IMG/VR virus record: IMGVR_UViG_3300034155_000029
Location: 1-54,127 of that record
Strand: one strand, 5' to 3'
DNA: 54,127 nucleotides
From: a virus
Lineage: Duplodnaviria; Caudoviricetes
Part shown: positions 9,481 through 19,597 of the stretch, piece by piece
How positions within the stretch are numbered: position 1 is the first letter of the stretch
Layout: every line of letters starts with the position of its first letter
Notes under the pieces: model-generated
Databases searched by the model: none
Seen by the model: the letters and a program-made list of their open reading frames with translations, nothing else
What the model was told of the DNA's origin: nothing
Translations under genes and position numbers: made by a program

Positions 9481-11001
9481 TTGGGAATGAATTATATGGT
9501 AAATATAATAAAATATCCTAATTCTTGTAAAATTGAAGAGTTAGATGATGTAGAGCTTTTTCAAGAATTAGATAAAGAATTATCTTTTAAATTAAATGGT
9601 GCAGAATTCTCTGCAGCATATAAAGGATATATAAATGATTTTGGAGAATTTGTAACATGGGATGGATATAGACATTTAATGTCGTCTACAGGAAGGTTTC
9701 CACCTGGATTATTACAAAGAGTATTAGAATTTTTAGATTCTAAATTAATTATTCCAAATATAATAGATCAAAGACCTGAAAAAACACCAACAAATGAAAT
9801 TGATATTTCAAAAAGATTAAAAGACCTTGATAAAATACCAAGGCCATATCAAATAGAAATTGCAAATACAGCTATTGCTCATGAACGTGGGGTTATACGT
9901 GCAGCTACTGGTTGTGGTAAAAATTTAATATCAGCAATGATAACTGCTAAAATAGGGTTATATACAACTATTCTAGTTATAGGAAAAGATTTATTATATC
10001 AAGGACATCAATTATATTCTGAATTATTTAATAAACCAATAGGAATTATTGGAGATGGCAAATGTGAAATTCATGACATAAATATTGCTAGTGTATGGTC
10101 TGTTGGAAAAGCTTTAGGAATAATTGAAACAAATAATTTAGATGAATTTTCTGAAAAAGAAAAAGATATTAGTAGGGAAAAATATAAAGATATTAAACAA
10201 ATGTTAAAATCATCTAAACTAGTTATTTTAGATGAATGTCATTTGGCAGCAGCAGCAACTTTACAGGGTATTTTTAGAGAAATAAAATCTGTAGAATATT
10301 TATATGGTATGTCGGCTACACCATCTAGGGATGATGGAGCAAATCTATTACAAGAAGCTTATCTTGGTAAAAAAATAGTTGATTTACATGCTAGAAAGTT
10401 AATTGATCAAGGATATTTAGTTGAACCAATAATTAGGTTTTTAGCACCAGATCCTTATCCATATAAAAGCGGACAATATCAAAAAGTATATAATAAGTAT
10501 ATTACTGAAAACAGTCAACGTAATGGAATGGTTGTTAAAGCAACATTAAAAATGATAGAACAAGGATTTATTCCTTTAGTTTTATTTAATTCTATTAAAC
10601 ATGGTGACATTTTATATAATCTTTTAAAAGATAAAATACCAACGGTATTATTAAGCGGTAAAAACTCTTCTAAGATTAGAGAACATGCAAAAAACAATAT
10701 AAATAGTGGTAATATAAAGTGTGTTTTAGCAAGTAAGATATTTGAATGTGGAGTAGATATTCCTTGTGTATCAGGACTTATAAATTCCAGTGGTGGAAAA
10801 TCAAGTATTCGAGCTATGCAAAAGGTTGGTAGGGTAATACGTCCTTATAAAGGAAAGAGAATAGCTGCAGTAATTGATTTTGCTGATCAAGCACCTTATT
10901 TAAAGAATCATGCATTAAGAAGAAAAGAAATATACGAAACAGAATTTAAGGTACAATGGCCAGGATCTGTTTCTAAAACGTTAGAGGTCGATCCTGAGTA
11001 A
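9481..11001 (+). CDS. Superfamily 2 DNA helicase (UvsW/ResIII-like)
   Basis: PRPYQ Q-motif, AATGCGKN Walker A, DECH, SAT, GVDIP, QKVGRVIR; real start probably ATG 9487 or 9496. Confidence 0.9.
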   Translation: MGMNYMVNIIKYPNSCKIEELDDVELFQELDKELSFKLNGAEFSAAYKGYINDFGEFVTWDGYRHLMSSTGRFPPGLLQRVLEFLDSKLIIPNIIDQRPEKTPTNEIDISKRLKDLDKIPRPYQIEIANTAIAHERGVIRAATGCGKNLISAMITAKIGLYTTILVIGKDLLYQGHQLYSELFNKPIGIIGDGKCEIHDINIASVWSVGKALGIIETNNLDEFSEKEKDISREKYKDIKQMLKSSKLVILDECHLAAAATLQGIFREIKSVEYLYGMSATPSRDDGANLLQEAYLGKKIVDLHARKLIDQGYLVEPIIRFLAPDPYPYKSGQYQKVYNKYITENSQRNGMVVKATLKMIEQGFIPLVLFNSIKHGDILYNLLKDKIPTVLLSGKNSSKIREHAKNNINSGNIKCVLASKIFECGVDIPCVSGLINSSGGKSSIRAMQKVGRVIRPYKGKRIAAVIDFADQAPYLKNHALRRKEIYETEFKVQWPGSVSKTLEVDPE

Positions 11002-11024
11002 CAGTCAAGATATAGAAAAAACTT

Positions 11025-11630
11025 ATGGCAAAAAAAGAAAATGGAAAATTAAGTGGTTTAAAGGAAGATGGAACTCCTAATGCTTATTGGCGTAAGTTTA
11101 AGGAGAGATTAAACACTTATGATCAAGTACCTATTCAAGAATGGAAAGAAGATCAGGTTTTAGGACATATCTTAAAAAGATATAAAGATTTTCAAGGTGT
11201 TGAATTTACATTATCTTATAGTGGGCCACCGTCTAAAAGTAAAGAGATATACTGTATAAGAAGAATGATTTTATCTCTTGGATTTGAAGATGGAATTACA
11301 TTAAAGAAATATATTGATTGGGTATTTGATTTTCATATTTTACCAAAGAAAATATCTATAACTAGTATAGCCTTCTTTTTTACAACCAATTTTGTATTAA
11401 AGTTTAAACAAGAATTAAGAAGATCTAATACTGTTTCTAGAAATTCTGTTTTACCAGAAAAGTATTTATTATTATCTTCAGATCTTGATATTTCTACTTA
11501 TGGAGATTTAGCTTTTGCCAAACGAGCAATTGATCAAAATCCTGAGGAATATAAACAATATTCCGATTTATTAATTCAATTAATTGATAATGGGTTTAAT
11601 ATTGATATTTTAAATAACTTGGAAGGATAA
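11025..11630 (+). CDS. Hypothetical protein in replication block
   Basis: 201-aa ORF between helicase and loader genes. Confidence 0.6.
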   Translation: MAKKENGKLSGLKEDGTPNAYWRKFKERLNTYDQVPIQEWKEDQVLGHILKRYKDFQGVEFTLSYSGPPSKSKEIYCIRRMILSLGFEDGITLKKYIDWVFDFHILPKKISITSIAFFFTTNFVLKFKQELRRSNTVSRNSVLPEKYLLLSSDLDISTYGDLAFAKRAIDQNPEEYKQYSDLLIQLIDNGFNIDILNNLEG

Positions 11631-11635
11631 CTAAT

Positions 11636-11806
11636 ATGTCTTCAATTCTTTTTACCAAAAAAATGATTTGTTTATTGCACAAGTGTTTAGCAGAAGCTGA
11701 TTTGTTTGCAAATATATATGACAGTGAGTACATGGGACCAGGAAAAGGTTCCGTACATTATCAAAAATTAAAATCACAACTTTTTGAATTAATGAATCCA
11801 AAATAA
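11636..11806 (+). CDS. Small hypothetical protein (56 aa, below ORF-track cut-off)
   Basis: GGAAGGA upstream of ATG; MSSILFTKKMICLLHKCL...NPK*. Confidence 0.45.
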   Translation: MSSILFTKKMICLLHKCLAEADLFANIYDSEYMGPGKGSVHYQKLKSQLFELMNPK

Positions 11807-11842
11807 ATTCATAAAACTATTTAATAGAACAAGGATAATTAC

Positions 11843-11989
11843 ATGTCTTGTATAATTTTTGCCAGAGAAATTATTTATTTACTATATAGCTATATAAGAG
11901 ATTGTTTCATCTCTACATTCTCAGTGAGAGAATGGGACAATAAAAGGTTTTACTACGGAAATAATATCAAGAAAATAATATGGAAATAA
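11843..11989 (+). CDS. Small hypothetical protein (48 aa), N-terminus similar to the preceding ORF
   Basis: AAGGA upstream of ATG; MSCIIFAREIIYLLYSYI...IIWK*. Confidence 0.4.
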   Translation: MSCIIFAREIIYLLYSYIRDCFISTFSVREWDNKRFYYGNNIKKIIWK

Positions 11990-12414
11990 AAATAAATTCT
12001 TTGGTAAAAATAATTTGCCAAAATAACTTAGTAGAAGGTGGTAAAGTATTAGAATATACAAAAACTCAATTAGTTTTACAATTAATTGATGGAGATGTTT
12101 TTATTATACAAAATCCCTACAAAAACATTATAGCTATAAGATTAATAAATACAGAAATCAAATCACAAAAACCTGTATTTGTTGATAAGGATATTAAAAC
12201 ACAATTACTAGAAGAAGATGAATTACCAAAAGAGAATTTAAATGTTAAAACTTTGGCAGAACTTCATAAATTAAAAGCTGCTGAGGAACGCATTAGGGCA
12301 AAAGATCTTTTAACTACTAAAACAATTTCTAATACTTTTAAAGAGGTTAATTTTGGATATCCAAATTTCACAAAACCACCCGTTTTTAACAATTCCAAGA
12401 AAAAAACTCGATGA
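11980..12414 (+). CDS. Hypothetical protein
   Basis: 144-aa ORF overlapping the loader gene. Confidence 0.6.
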   Translation: MEIKINSLVKIICQNNLVEGGKVLEYTKTQLVLQLIDGDVFIIQNPYKNIIAIRLINTEIKSQKPVFVDKDIKTQLLEEDELPKENLNVKTLAELHKLKAAEERIRAKDLLTTKTISNTFKEVNFGYPNFTKPPVFNNSKKKTR

Positions 12415-13078
12415 AGCATTAGAAGACATTGCATCTTCTTTTTCTAATGGTCTTATCTTAACCCATGAAGGAGCTGTTCTTACTGAAATTTTCCAAAAAT
12501 ATTATCTAGCAAATATTCCAGTTGATTATTGGTTTAGAGATATGGATGATTTTATTGGTCCTAATATATTAAAGAAATATTATATAGAAACAATTACAGA
12601 TATCAAAAATTCTTTTAAAACTGGTAAAAAAGCTATGTTTGCCGGTAAAAACGGAATTGGTAAAACAACTGTTTCTGCTTGTATATTAAAAAGAGCAGTA
12701 GAGTCAAATAAGTATAGTGGGTTATATGTTAATCTTGCAGATATTGTACATGTAATGTTATCAACTCCAGCAGATGTGAAAAACCAAGCTAGAGATATGC
12801 TTTTAAATGTAGATTTTTTAGTTATAGATGAATTTGATACTAGATTTATGGCAACAGAAGCTGCTGCTGATTTATTTGGGAGAATATTAGAACCTATTAT
12901 GAGAACTAGAATACAAAATAGAATGCCATTATTTTTTTGCACAAACTCTATAAAGGTAGAGGATAGTTTCTCAGGGCCACTACAAGCTAGTATAGGTAGT
13001 TTGCTTAAAGTAGTAAATTTAATTCCTGTTATTGGTGGTAAAGATGTTAGAGAAAACGTTGGCAAAGGTGAATTATGA
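12353..13078 (+). CDS. DnaC/IstB-like AAA+ ATPase, putative helicase loader
   Basis: GKNGIGKT Walker A, FLVIDEF Walker B, FFCTN sensor; directly upstream of DnaB. Confidence 0.85.
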   Translation: MDIQISQNHPFLTIPRKKLDEALEDIASSFSNGLILTHEGAVLTEIFQKYYLANIPVDYWFRDMDDFIGPNILKKYYIETITDIKNSFKTGKKAMFAGKNGIGKTTVSACILKRAVESNKYSGLYVNLADIVHVMLSTPADVKNQARDMLLNVDFLVIDEFDTRFMATEAAADLFGRILEPIMRTRIQNRMPLFFCTNSIKVEDSFSGPLQASIGSLLKVVNLIPVIGGKDVRENVGKGEL

Positions 13079-15018
13079 TCTCTGAACTAGATCTTAAAGT
13101 ATTAAAAGCTATTCTTGATGATAAAGTAAATGCACTTACATTTGCCTACAGGTATGATTGTTCTTTATTTGAGGATGATGTAAAAAAGTTTGCTAAAACA
13201 ATATTGGATTATATATCTCATTTTAAATCACCACCAACCAGAAGAACATTAATAGATCGTCATAAAAATAATTCAGATTTGGTACAATCAATTGAAGAAT
13301 CATGGGATGAGATTGATGCATTAGAACATGATATTAAAGAGTTTCCTTATAATTTAGAAGAGATAAAAAAACGATTTCAATTAAGGTCTGTTGAAGAAAT
13401 TCGAGCACAAGCAGAAAATATAGATATTGATTCTATAGAAGATCCTGAAGATTATTTCAATAAACTTTCTTTAGCAATTACAAGGGTAACATCTTTAAAT
13501 TTAGAAAGAACATATATCCAAAAACCCATTGGAGATTATGTTGTAGAATTTTCAGACTCTTATGAGTCACGAAGACAAAACCCAGAACAAACAGAAGATA
13601 TTAAAACGGGATATTCCATTATTGATGATGTAAGAGGAGGAATTTCAGCTGGTGAATTAGTTATTGTTGGAGCTGAGACGGCTGGTGGAAAAGCCTTATC
13701 TATTGATACTCCTATTTTAGTTTGTGGAGAAGATTGTCGAAATAATAAAACGCATTCTTTATATTCTTCTTTAAATAAATTCAAAACAATGGGGGAATTA
13801 AAAGTAGGAGATATGGTATATGGAGATGATGGTTTACCGGCTAAAATTATAGCTACTACTGAAATTATGTATAACCATTCATGTTATGAATTAAATTTTT
13901 CTAATGGAGAGAAAATAATAGCTGATAAAGATCATGTATGGCCATTAATTCAAACAGATATTCAATATTCAAAACAATTAACTACAAAACTTTTATATTT
14001 TAGGTTTAAAAAAAATCCAGAGTTATTAGTATTTGATTTTTTTGGTACAAAACATACACATAAATCTTTTTTGGTAAAATTAGTATCTATTAAAGAAGTA
14101 GATAGTGTACCTGTAAAATGTATTCAAATAAATAATTATAGTAATTGTTATTTATGTGGTAGAAAATTAATTCCAACACATAATTCAATGTTGCTTAGTA
14201 ATTTAGCAAAACAAATATGGCTACAGAAAAATAATCCTGATACTTTATCTGAAGATTTTACACGTGGATATAATATTTTATATTTTTCTTTAGAAATGCC
14301 ATACAAAGATTGTTTTAATAGGTTTCTAGCTAGTTTAGCAGACATTCCTCAAAAAGCAATTACTTCAGCTACATTGGCTCATGATGAATTTGAAAAAATG
14401 AATAAAGCTCTTGATTTTATTCAAAGATATCAAGAGGCGGGAAACTATTTTGATATTGTAGATGTTCCAAGAGGTGTTACAATAGAAGAGATAGAATTAC
14501 GATATCACGATGCATTAGCAAGATATCGTCCAGATTTTGTAGTAGTAGATTATATGGGTTTAATGAGTTCTAAAGAATTTGTAAAAGAGGCTGACTGGTT
14601 AAAGATGGGGGCCATTGCTTCTTCATTACATGAGTTTGGGCGAGCATATGATGTAGGAATGTTGACAGCTGCACAACTTACAGATTTGAAAAGAAACTCA
14701 CAAGGAAATATGGATGAGTCTAAGGTTGTTGGCGTTCATAGGTGGGGGAGATCTAGTTTAATTATGCATAATGCGAATTTAGCTATTCAAATTGAAACTA
14801 GACAACATGAAAAATCTCTTCCAGATTTAAAAGTACATATTGTAAAGGATAGAAGAAGTAATTTATGTCAAGGAAACTTAATAAAGAATTTTGCTAATGC
14901 AATATTAATAAATATGCCAATAGATCAAAGTGAGCTTCCTGGAAAATTAAGTGCTAGTATTCCTGATTTAATTAAATCTATTCAAGCATCTAAAAACAAA
15001 ACAAATGAAAACAGTTAA
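13075..15018 (+). CDS. dnaB: DnaB-like replicative helicase containing an intein in the P-loop
   Basis: TGYSIID, GAETAGGK|S after splicing, FSLEM, VVVDYMGLM, AAQL, KDR. Confidence 0.9.
   Translation: MISELDLKVLKAILDDKVNALTFAYRYDCSLFEDDVKKFAKTILDYISHFKSPPTRRTLIDRHKNNSDLVQSIEESWDEIDALEHDIKEFPYNLEEIKKRFQLRSVEEIRAQAENIDIDSIEDPEDYFNKLSLAITRVTSLNLERTYIQKPIGDYVVEFSDSYESRRQNPEQTEDIKTGYSIIDDVRGGISAGELVIVGAETAGGKALSIDTPILVCGEDCRNNKTHSLYSSLNKFKTMGELKVGDMVYGDDGLPAKIIATTEIMYNHSCYELNFSNGEKIIADKDHVWPLIQTDIQYSKQLTTKLLYFRFKKNPELLVFDFFGTKHTHKSFLVKLVSIKEVDSVPVKCIQINNYSNCYLCGRKLIPTHNSMLLSNLAKQIWLQKNNPDTLSEDFTRGYNILYFSLEMPYKDCFNRFLASLADIPQKAITSATLAHDEFEKMNKALDFIQRYQEAGNYFDIVDVPRGVTIEEIELRYHDALARYRPDFVVVDYMGLMSSKEFVKEADWLKMGAIASSLHEFGRAYDVGMLTAAQLTDLKRNSQGNMDESKVVGVHRWGRSSLIMHNANLAIQIETRQHEKSLPDLKVHIVKDRRSNLCQGNLIKNFANAILINMPIDQSELPGKLSASIPDLIKSIQASKNKTNENS
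13693..14184 (+). mobile_element. 164-aa Ala1 mini-intein with class 3 WCT signature
   Basis: Starts ALSIDTPI after GGK; DKDHVW (W), VKCIQI (C), IPTHN|S (T); no endonuclease domain. Confidence 0.85.
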
Positions 15019-15187
15019 TACAGTTGCAAGGGCATACAGAATGGAGATAGATCCAAATACTGAAGATTTATATTTGGTATTTAAGGTTATTGATGTATCA
15101 TTTAAAAAGAGAATTCGAGAATCTTGGAGTAGGGATGTTGAATTACAGATCTTGGGAAAAGACCTTGTTGAAATAACGGAGAAATAA
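15005..15187 (+). CDS. Hypothetical protein
   Basis: 60-aa ORF, packed between neighbours. Confidence 0.55.
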   Translation: MKTVNTVARAYRMEIDPNTEDLYLVFKVIDVSFKKRIRESWSRDVELQILGKDLVEITEK

Positions 15188-15188
15188 A

Positions 15189-15449
15189 ATGCCTACTTAC
15201 GATCATTTATGTAATGCTTGCAATCACGAATGGGAAGAATCTTATTCTATTAAAGCGGAAGTACCAACAATTTGCCCTAATTGTAAAACAGAGGGACAGG
15301 TTCAAAGATTAATATCAGCTTCTGGTGGCGTTACAGTAAAACTGGAAGGTAAAGAATTAGTTAATCAATTACGTAAAGAGGGAAAAGATTTAGCCAGGAG
15401 GGCAAGGAAGGATGAAAATTTAGCAGCCAATCTTTACGGTTGGAAATAG
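15189..15449 (+). CDS. FmdB-family zinc-ribbon protein
   Basis: MPTYDHLCNAC...CPNC...RLIS pattern. Confidence 0.8.
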   Translation: MPTYDHLCNACNHEWEESYSIKAEVPTICPNCKTEGQVQRLISASGGVTVKLEGKELVNQLRKEGKDLARRARKDENLAANLYGWK

Positions 15450-15457
15450 GAGGTTAC

Positions 15458-16108
15458 TTGAAAAAGAAACAACCTAAGCAAGTAGAAATTGAAAATTTAC
15501 TAGATAAAATGGTAACTTTACGCATTAAATGTGAAACATCCAAATCTAATAAATTACATACTAGTTTAAATGATATACAGAATCAATGTATTAAAGAATT
15601 AAATTATTTAGTGGAGGACAGAGCTTCTAAATATAAGGGGTTTTCCAATTATGAAGATTTATGTCAAGATGGTAGATTAGCATTATACCGTGCATTACAA
15701 ACATACAAACCAGAAAAGGGTAATTTTTTCTGGTGGGCAAATGAGTATGTTAAAACAAAACTGAGTCGAGAGGCAAATAATCACTCTACTATCAAAATAC
15801 CATTAAAAAAAGCAAAGGATATAAAACCACATAAAGAAAATACAATTCCTATTATTGTAGATTCTTCTAATGCTTTAGAAAAAATGGAAACACACGAAAC
15901 ATCTTTAGAAATTAAAAATGCAATAAACAAATTACCTAATAAACAAAAAAAGATAATTAATTTACATTTTGAAATGGGACTAGATCCCAATAATGATTCA
16001 ACGGCTGTAAAAATTTGTAAAAAAATGAAAATTTCTAGAATGTCATTTTTAAAATTATTAGATAAAGCAAAGGAAAATTTGAAGGTTGAATTATCAAATT
16101 CTATCTAG
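15458..16108 (+). CDS. Phage sigma-70-family sigma factor (SigB/F/G/FliA-like)
   Basis: Region 2 YEDLCQDGRLAL...YKPEKGNFFWWA, region 4 AINKLPNKQKKII plus HTH; AGGAGG precedes TTG 15458. Confidence 0.85.
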   Translation: MKKKQPKQVEIENLLDKMVTLRIKCETSKSNKLHTSLNDIQNQCIKELNYLVEDRASKYKGFSNYEDLCQDGRLALYRALQTYKPEKGNFFWWANEYVKTKLSREANNHSTIKIPLKKAKDIKPHKENTIPIIVDSSNALEKMETHETSLEIKNAINKLPNKQKKIINLHFEMGLDPNNDSTAVKICKKMKISRMSFLKLLDKAKENLKVELSNSI

Positions 16109-16130
16109 TGTAATATTTAAGCATTAAAAA

Positions 16131-16177
16131 AAATAAAGAGATTGGATCTGGTTATTACTGGGCCAATCTCTTTGTTT
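16131..16177 (+). terminator. Long hairpin, probable intrinsic terminator after sigma gene
   Basis: AAATAAAGAGATTGG...CCAATCTCTTTGTTT inverted repeat. Confidence 0.65.
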
Positions 16178-16253
16178 ATTACAAATAAAAATATTTTTTT
16201 TAAATCTGGTAAACAGGACGCATAGAGTAACAAGATTAGTTTAGGAATAAAAA

Positions 16254-16454
16254 ATGCAGATAATATTATATAGTACAAATTGTCCAAAGTGTAACGTATT
16301 AAAACAAAAACTTACTAAGAAAAACATTATGTTTGAAGAGGTAAATGATATAGAACTAATAATTTCTAAAGGCTTTTCAGCAGTTCCTATGTTAGAAATT
16401 GATGGAAAGTCTTTAAATTTCGTAGATGCTAATTCATTGGTTAACACTTTTTAA
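16254..16454 (+). CDS. Glutaredoxin-like protein (NrdH-like)
   Basis: CPKC and AVP motifs, upstream of nrdD. Confidence 0.8.
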   Translation: MQIILYSTNCPKCNVLKQKLTKKNIMFEEVNDIELIISKGFSAVPMLEIDGKSLNFVDANSLVNTF

Positions 16455-16468
16455 TATTTTCGGGTAAC

Positions 16469-18382
16469 ATGGACATTAAACTTAAACTTAACAATAAATT
16501 CGTAGCGGCATTAAACAAATTAAAAGAGGAATATGGACAAGAATTCGATAAACTGAATGGTTTCCATAATAGTAATTTAAACTTTACTGATTTTATAGAT
16601 AATTTTATAGATTCTAAATCTATATCTGATGTAACAATAGATGCAAATGCAAATTCTTCATCAAAAGATGTAAGATCTATGTTGGCAGATATGATGAAGC
16701 CACATACAAAGCTATTGTCTTATAATAAAATATTTTATGAATTAACTAAAGAATATGGAATTGCTACGGCAGAAGATTGGCTTAAACATGAATGGAATGG
16801 TGCTTTTTATTTACATGATGCAGCATCGTCTACTTTAATGAGTTATTGTTTTGCGTATGATTTAGAAGATGTAGTACAAAAGGGTTTATATTTTATTAAT
16901 AGTTTTAAACCTGGTCCAGCTAAACATCTTACTACTTTTAATGATCATGTATTAGAGTTTATATCTTGGGCTTCTAATAGGACAAGTGGTGCTTGTGGTA
17001 TACCAGGATACTTAGTTCATTCTTATGGGTTTTGGATGAATGATGTTAAAGAAGGATTTTATCTTAAAAATCCAGAATATTATAGAAGACAATGTTTTCA
17101 AAAATTTATTTATGATTTAAATCAGCCTTATTTAAGAATTACAGAATGTGCTTTTACTAATATTTCTATTATGGATAGAAATTATTTAACAGAAATTTTT
17201 GGTGGAAGACAGTTTCCTAATGGTGAATTTGTAATTGATCATATTGATGGAATTTTAGAACATCAAAAAGTCTTTATGGAAACGTTAGCAGAAATTCGTA
17301 AAGAGTGTATGATGACATTTCCCGTTGTTACATTTGCATTGCTTTATCAAAATGGTAAATTTGTTGATGAAGAATTTGCTAAATGGTGCAATAAACACAA
17401 TATGCAATGGTATGATTCTAATTTTTATCTTGGAGATAATGTTGCTAATTTAAGCTCTTGTTGTAGAATGGTTAATGATACTTCTAAAGTTAAAAAAGCT
17501 GAAGGTTTTATTAACTCTATTGGAGGATCTAGTATTTCTATTGGATCAATTAAAGTTAATACAATTAATCTTCGTAGAATTTCTTTAGAAGCAAATAAAG
17601 ATAAAGAAAAGTTTAAAAATATATTAACAGAACGAACAAGTCTTTGTATTAAAGTTCTTCATATTATCAGAAAAATAATTACCAGAAATGTAGAAAAGGG
17701 ATTACTTCCTAATTATACACACGGGTTAATAAAAATGGAAAACCAATATAATACAATTGGTTTGACAGCAATGTATGAAGTAATTAAAGATTTTGGATTT
17801 ATTGCAACAGATGAATTTGGTAATAAATCATATACTAAAGAAGGTATTAATTTCGCCTCTGATATTTTAGATTTAGTTAATAAAATTAAAGATGAACAAA
17901 CATTTGACTATGCAATTAATATTGAAGTGATACCAGCAGAAAGAGCAAATGTAGTATTGTGTCAAAAAGATAAAGTAATATATGGTGAGCAAGAGGAATT
18001 TATTTATTCTAATCAATGGATCCCTTTAATGCAACAATGTACAATTCAAGAAAAAGTAAAATTAGGAGCATTATTGGATAAACGATGTGGTGGTGGGCAA
18101 ATAATGCATGTTAATTTACAAGGAAAGTTTTCTTCAGAAGAACAATCTTGGGATTTGTTAAATTATATTGCAAAATCTGGTGTTATATATATGGCTTACA
18201 ATCCAAGAATTTCAGTCTGTGAAAAAGGCCATGGTTTTTTTGGAGAACATTGCCCAACTTGTGGAAATATTAAAATAGATGAATTTACCAGAATAGTAGG
18301 TTACTTAGTTCCAACAAATACTTATAGTAAAGATCGTAAAAATGAATTCTCAAAAAGATATTGGTATAATCTCGACGATTGA
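16469..18382 (+). CDS. nrdD: Anaerobic (class III) ribonucleotide reductase
   Basis: YCFA, TFPV, SSCCR, PAE, CPTCG Zn site and glycyl-radical loop TRIVGY. Confidence 0.93.
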   Translation: MDIKLKLNNKFVAALNKLKEEYGQEFDKLNGFHNSNLNFTDFIDNFIDSKSISDVTIDANANSSSKDVRSMLADMMKPHTKLLSYNKIFYELTKEYGIATAEDWLKHEWNGAFYLHDAASSTLMSYCFAYDLEDVVQKGLYFINSFKPGPAKHLTTFNDHVLEFISWASNRTSGACGIPGYLVHSYGFWMNDVKEGFYLKNPEYYRRQCFQKFIYDLNQPYLRITECAFTNISIMDRNYLTEIFGGRQFPNGEFVIDHIDGILEHQKVFMETLAEIRKECMMTFPVVTFALLYQNGKFVDEEFAKWCNKHNMQWYDSNFYLGDNVANLSSCCRMVNDTSKVKKAEGFINSIGGSSISIGSIKVNTINLRRISLEANKDKEKFKNILTERTSLCIKVLHIIRKIITRNVEKGLLPNYTHGLIKMENQYNTIGLTAMYEVIKDFGFIATDEFGNKSYTKEGINFASDILDLVNKIKDEQTFDYAINIEVIPAERANVVLCQKDKVIYGEQEEFIYSNQWIPLMQQCTIQEKVKLGALLDKRCGGGQIMHVNLQGKFSSEEQSWDLLNYIAKSGVIYMAYNPRISVCEKGHGFFGEHCPTCGNIKIDEFTRIVGYLVPTNTYSKDRKNEFSKRYWYNLDD

Positions 18383-18869
18383 GGTTAAAAATATAATTCA
18401 TGAAACATTCCAAGATTATAAAAAAGCCGGAATGCTCATTGCGATGTGTTATTGTGATTGGAAATGTTTAAAAGAACAAAAACTTGATGTTTCTTTATGT
18501 CAAAATTGTGCTTTGTCTAAACACAATTCTTTTAAAATTAATATTTCTGATTTATTTAATCAATATATTTACAATCCAATAACATCTTCTATTATTTTTG
18601 GTGGTTTAGAACCTATGCTTCAATTTAATGAGGTGCTATCTGTTATAGATTATTTTAGAAATCATAATTGTTATGATGATATTGTTATCTATACTGGATA
18701 TAATAAAGATGAATTAAAAGATAAAATATTATTATTATCTAATTATGATAATATATATTTAAAATGCGGAAGGTTTATTTATAATGATAAACCGATATAT
18801 GATGAAGTATTGGGAGTGAATCTTTCTTCACAGAATCAAAAAGGAATTTCTTTGGTAAAAACACATTGA
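18342..18869 (+). CDS. nrdG: Anaerobic RNR activating radical-SAM protein
   Basis: CDWKC...CQNC, GGLEP, IYTGY, KCGRF, SSQNQ; follows nrdD. Confidence 0.88.
   Translation: MNSQKDIGIISTIEVKNIIHETFQDYKKAGMLIAMCYCDWKCLKEQKLDVSLCQNCALSKHNSFKINISDLFNQYIYNPITSSIIFGGLEPMLQFNEVLSVIDYFRNHNCYDDIVIYTGYNKDELKDKILLLSNYDNIYLKCGRFIYNDKPIYDEVLGVNLSSQNQKGISLVKTH
18849..18862 (+). repeat. Exact copy of dispersed motif TCTTTGGTAAAAAC
   Basis: At the nrdG 3' end, just before the next gene. Confidence 0.8.
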
Positions 18870-18879
18870 AAAATAAATC

Positions 18880-19239
18880 ATGAGTGAAAAAGTAATATAT
18901 ATAGATAGAGAAGATGCAAAACAAGTTGAAGAAGAAGAGTTAAATATCTTCATTAAAGGTGTTCTTGAAGAATTGGGTTTACCATTAGATGAAATATGGC
19001 CTGATATATATATTAATACTGTAAATGATAAATTAAAATTTAGAGAATTGCTTGTAAAATCAGAAATAGATGTTATAAATGATGGTGATAGAGGTTGTAA
19101 AATATATTTTCAAAATAAATTATTTGCAGAATGGTTTAAGCCAAGATTTATTTTAAAAACAGATCATAAAGCATTAACAAATAAAAAGAAATTGTTTTAT
19201 GAAATGCATATTAAAACCTTTAGTATATTTGAAAAATAA
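18880..19239 (+). CDS. Hypothetical protein
   Basis: 119-aa ORF. Confidence 0.6.
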   Translation: MSEKVIYIDREDAKQVEEEELNIFIKGVLEELGLPLDEIWPDIYINTVNDKLKFRELLVKSEIDVINDGDRGCKIYFQNKLFAEWFKPRFILKTDHKALTNKKKLFYEMHIKTFSIFEK

Positions 19240-19252
19240 AAAGGGAAAAAAA

Positions 19253-19597
19253 ATGAAAGAACAAACAGCACAGTCAAAACTTATTAACCGTGAAGAATTA
19301 AATGGCGTTGGAGATCTTAGGGTAAAAGCTATTAAAGCTGCTCAACTAGCTGAACAAAGTATTAAAGAAGCCAGAATTGCAGAACTAGAATATAGAAATG
19401 CTGTTCAACAATTATATCTTAGTAATGATATTCCTATTAAAGCTAAAATTAACTGGGAGTCTGGTGAAGTATTATATCCCGATGTAGAAAAAATACCGGA
19501 AATCAAAACAACAAATATAACAAAAGAAGAAACTTCAGTTGAAGTGGTTGAACCAGTTATAAAGAATAAAAAATCAACAAAGAAAGAGATCAAATAA
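19253..19597 (+). CDS. Hypothetical protein, coiled-coil N-terminus
   Basis: ATG 19253 after AAGGG preferred to 19199. Confidence 0.6.
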   Translation: MKEQTAQSKLINREELNGVGDLRVKAIKAAQLAEQSIKEARIAELEYRNAVQQLYLSNDIPIKAKINWESGEVLYPDVEKIPEIKTTNITKEETSVEVVEPVIKNKKSTKKEIK

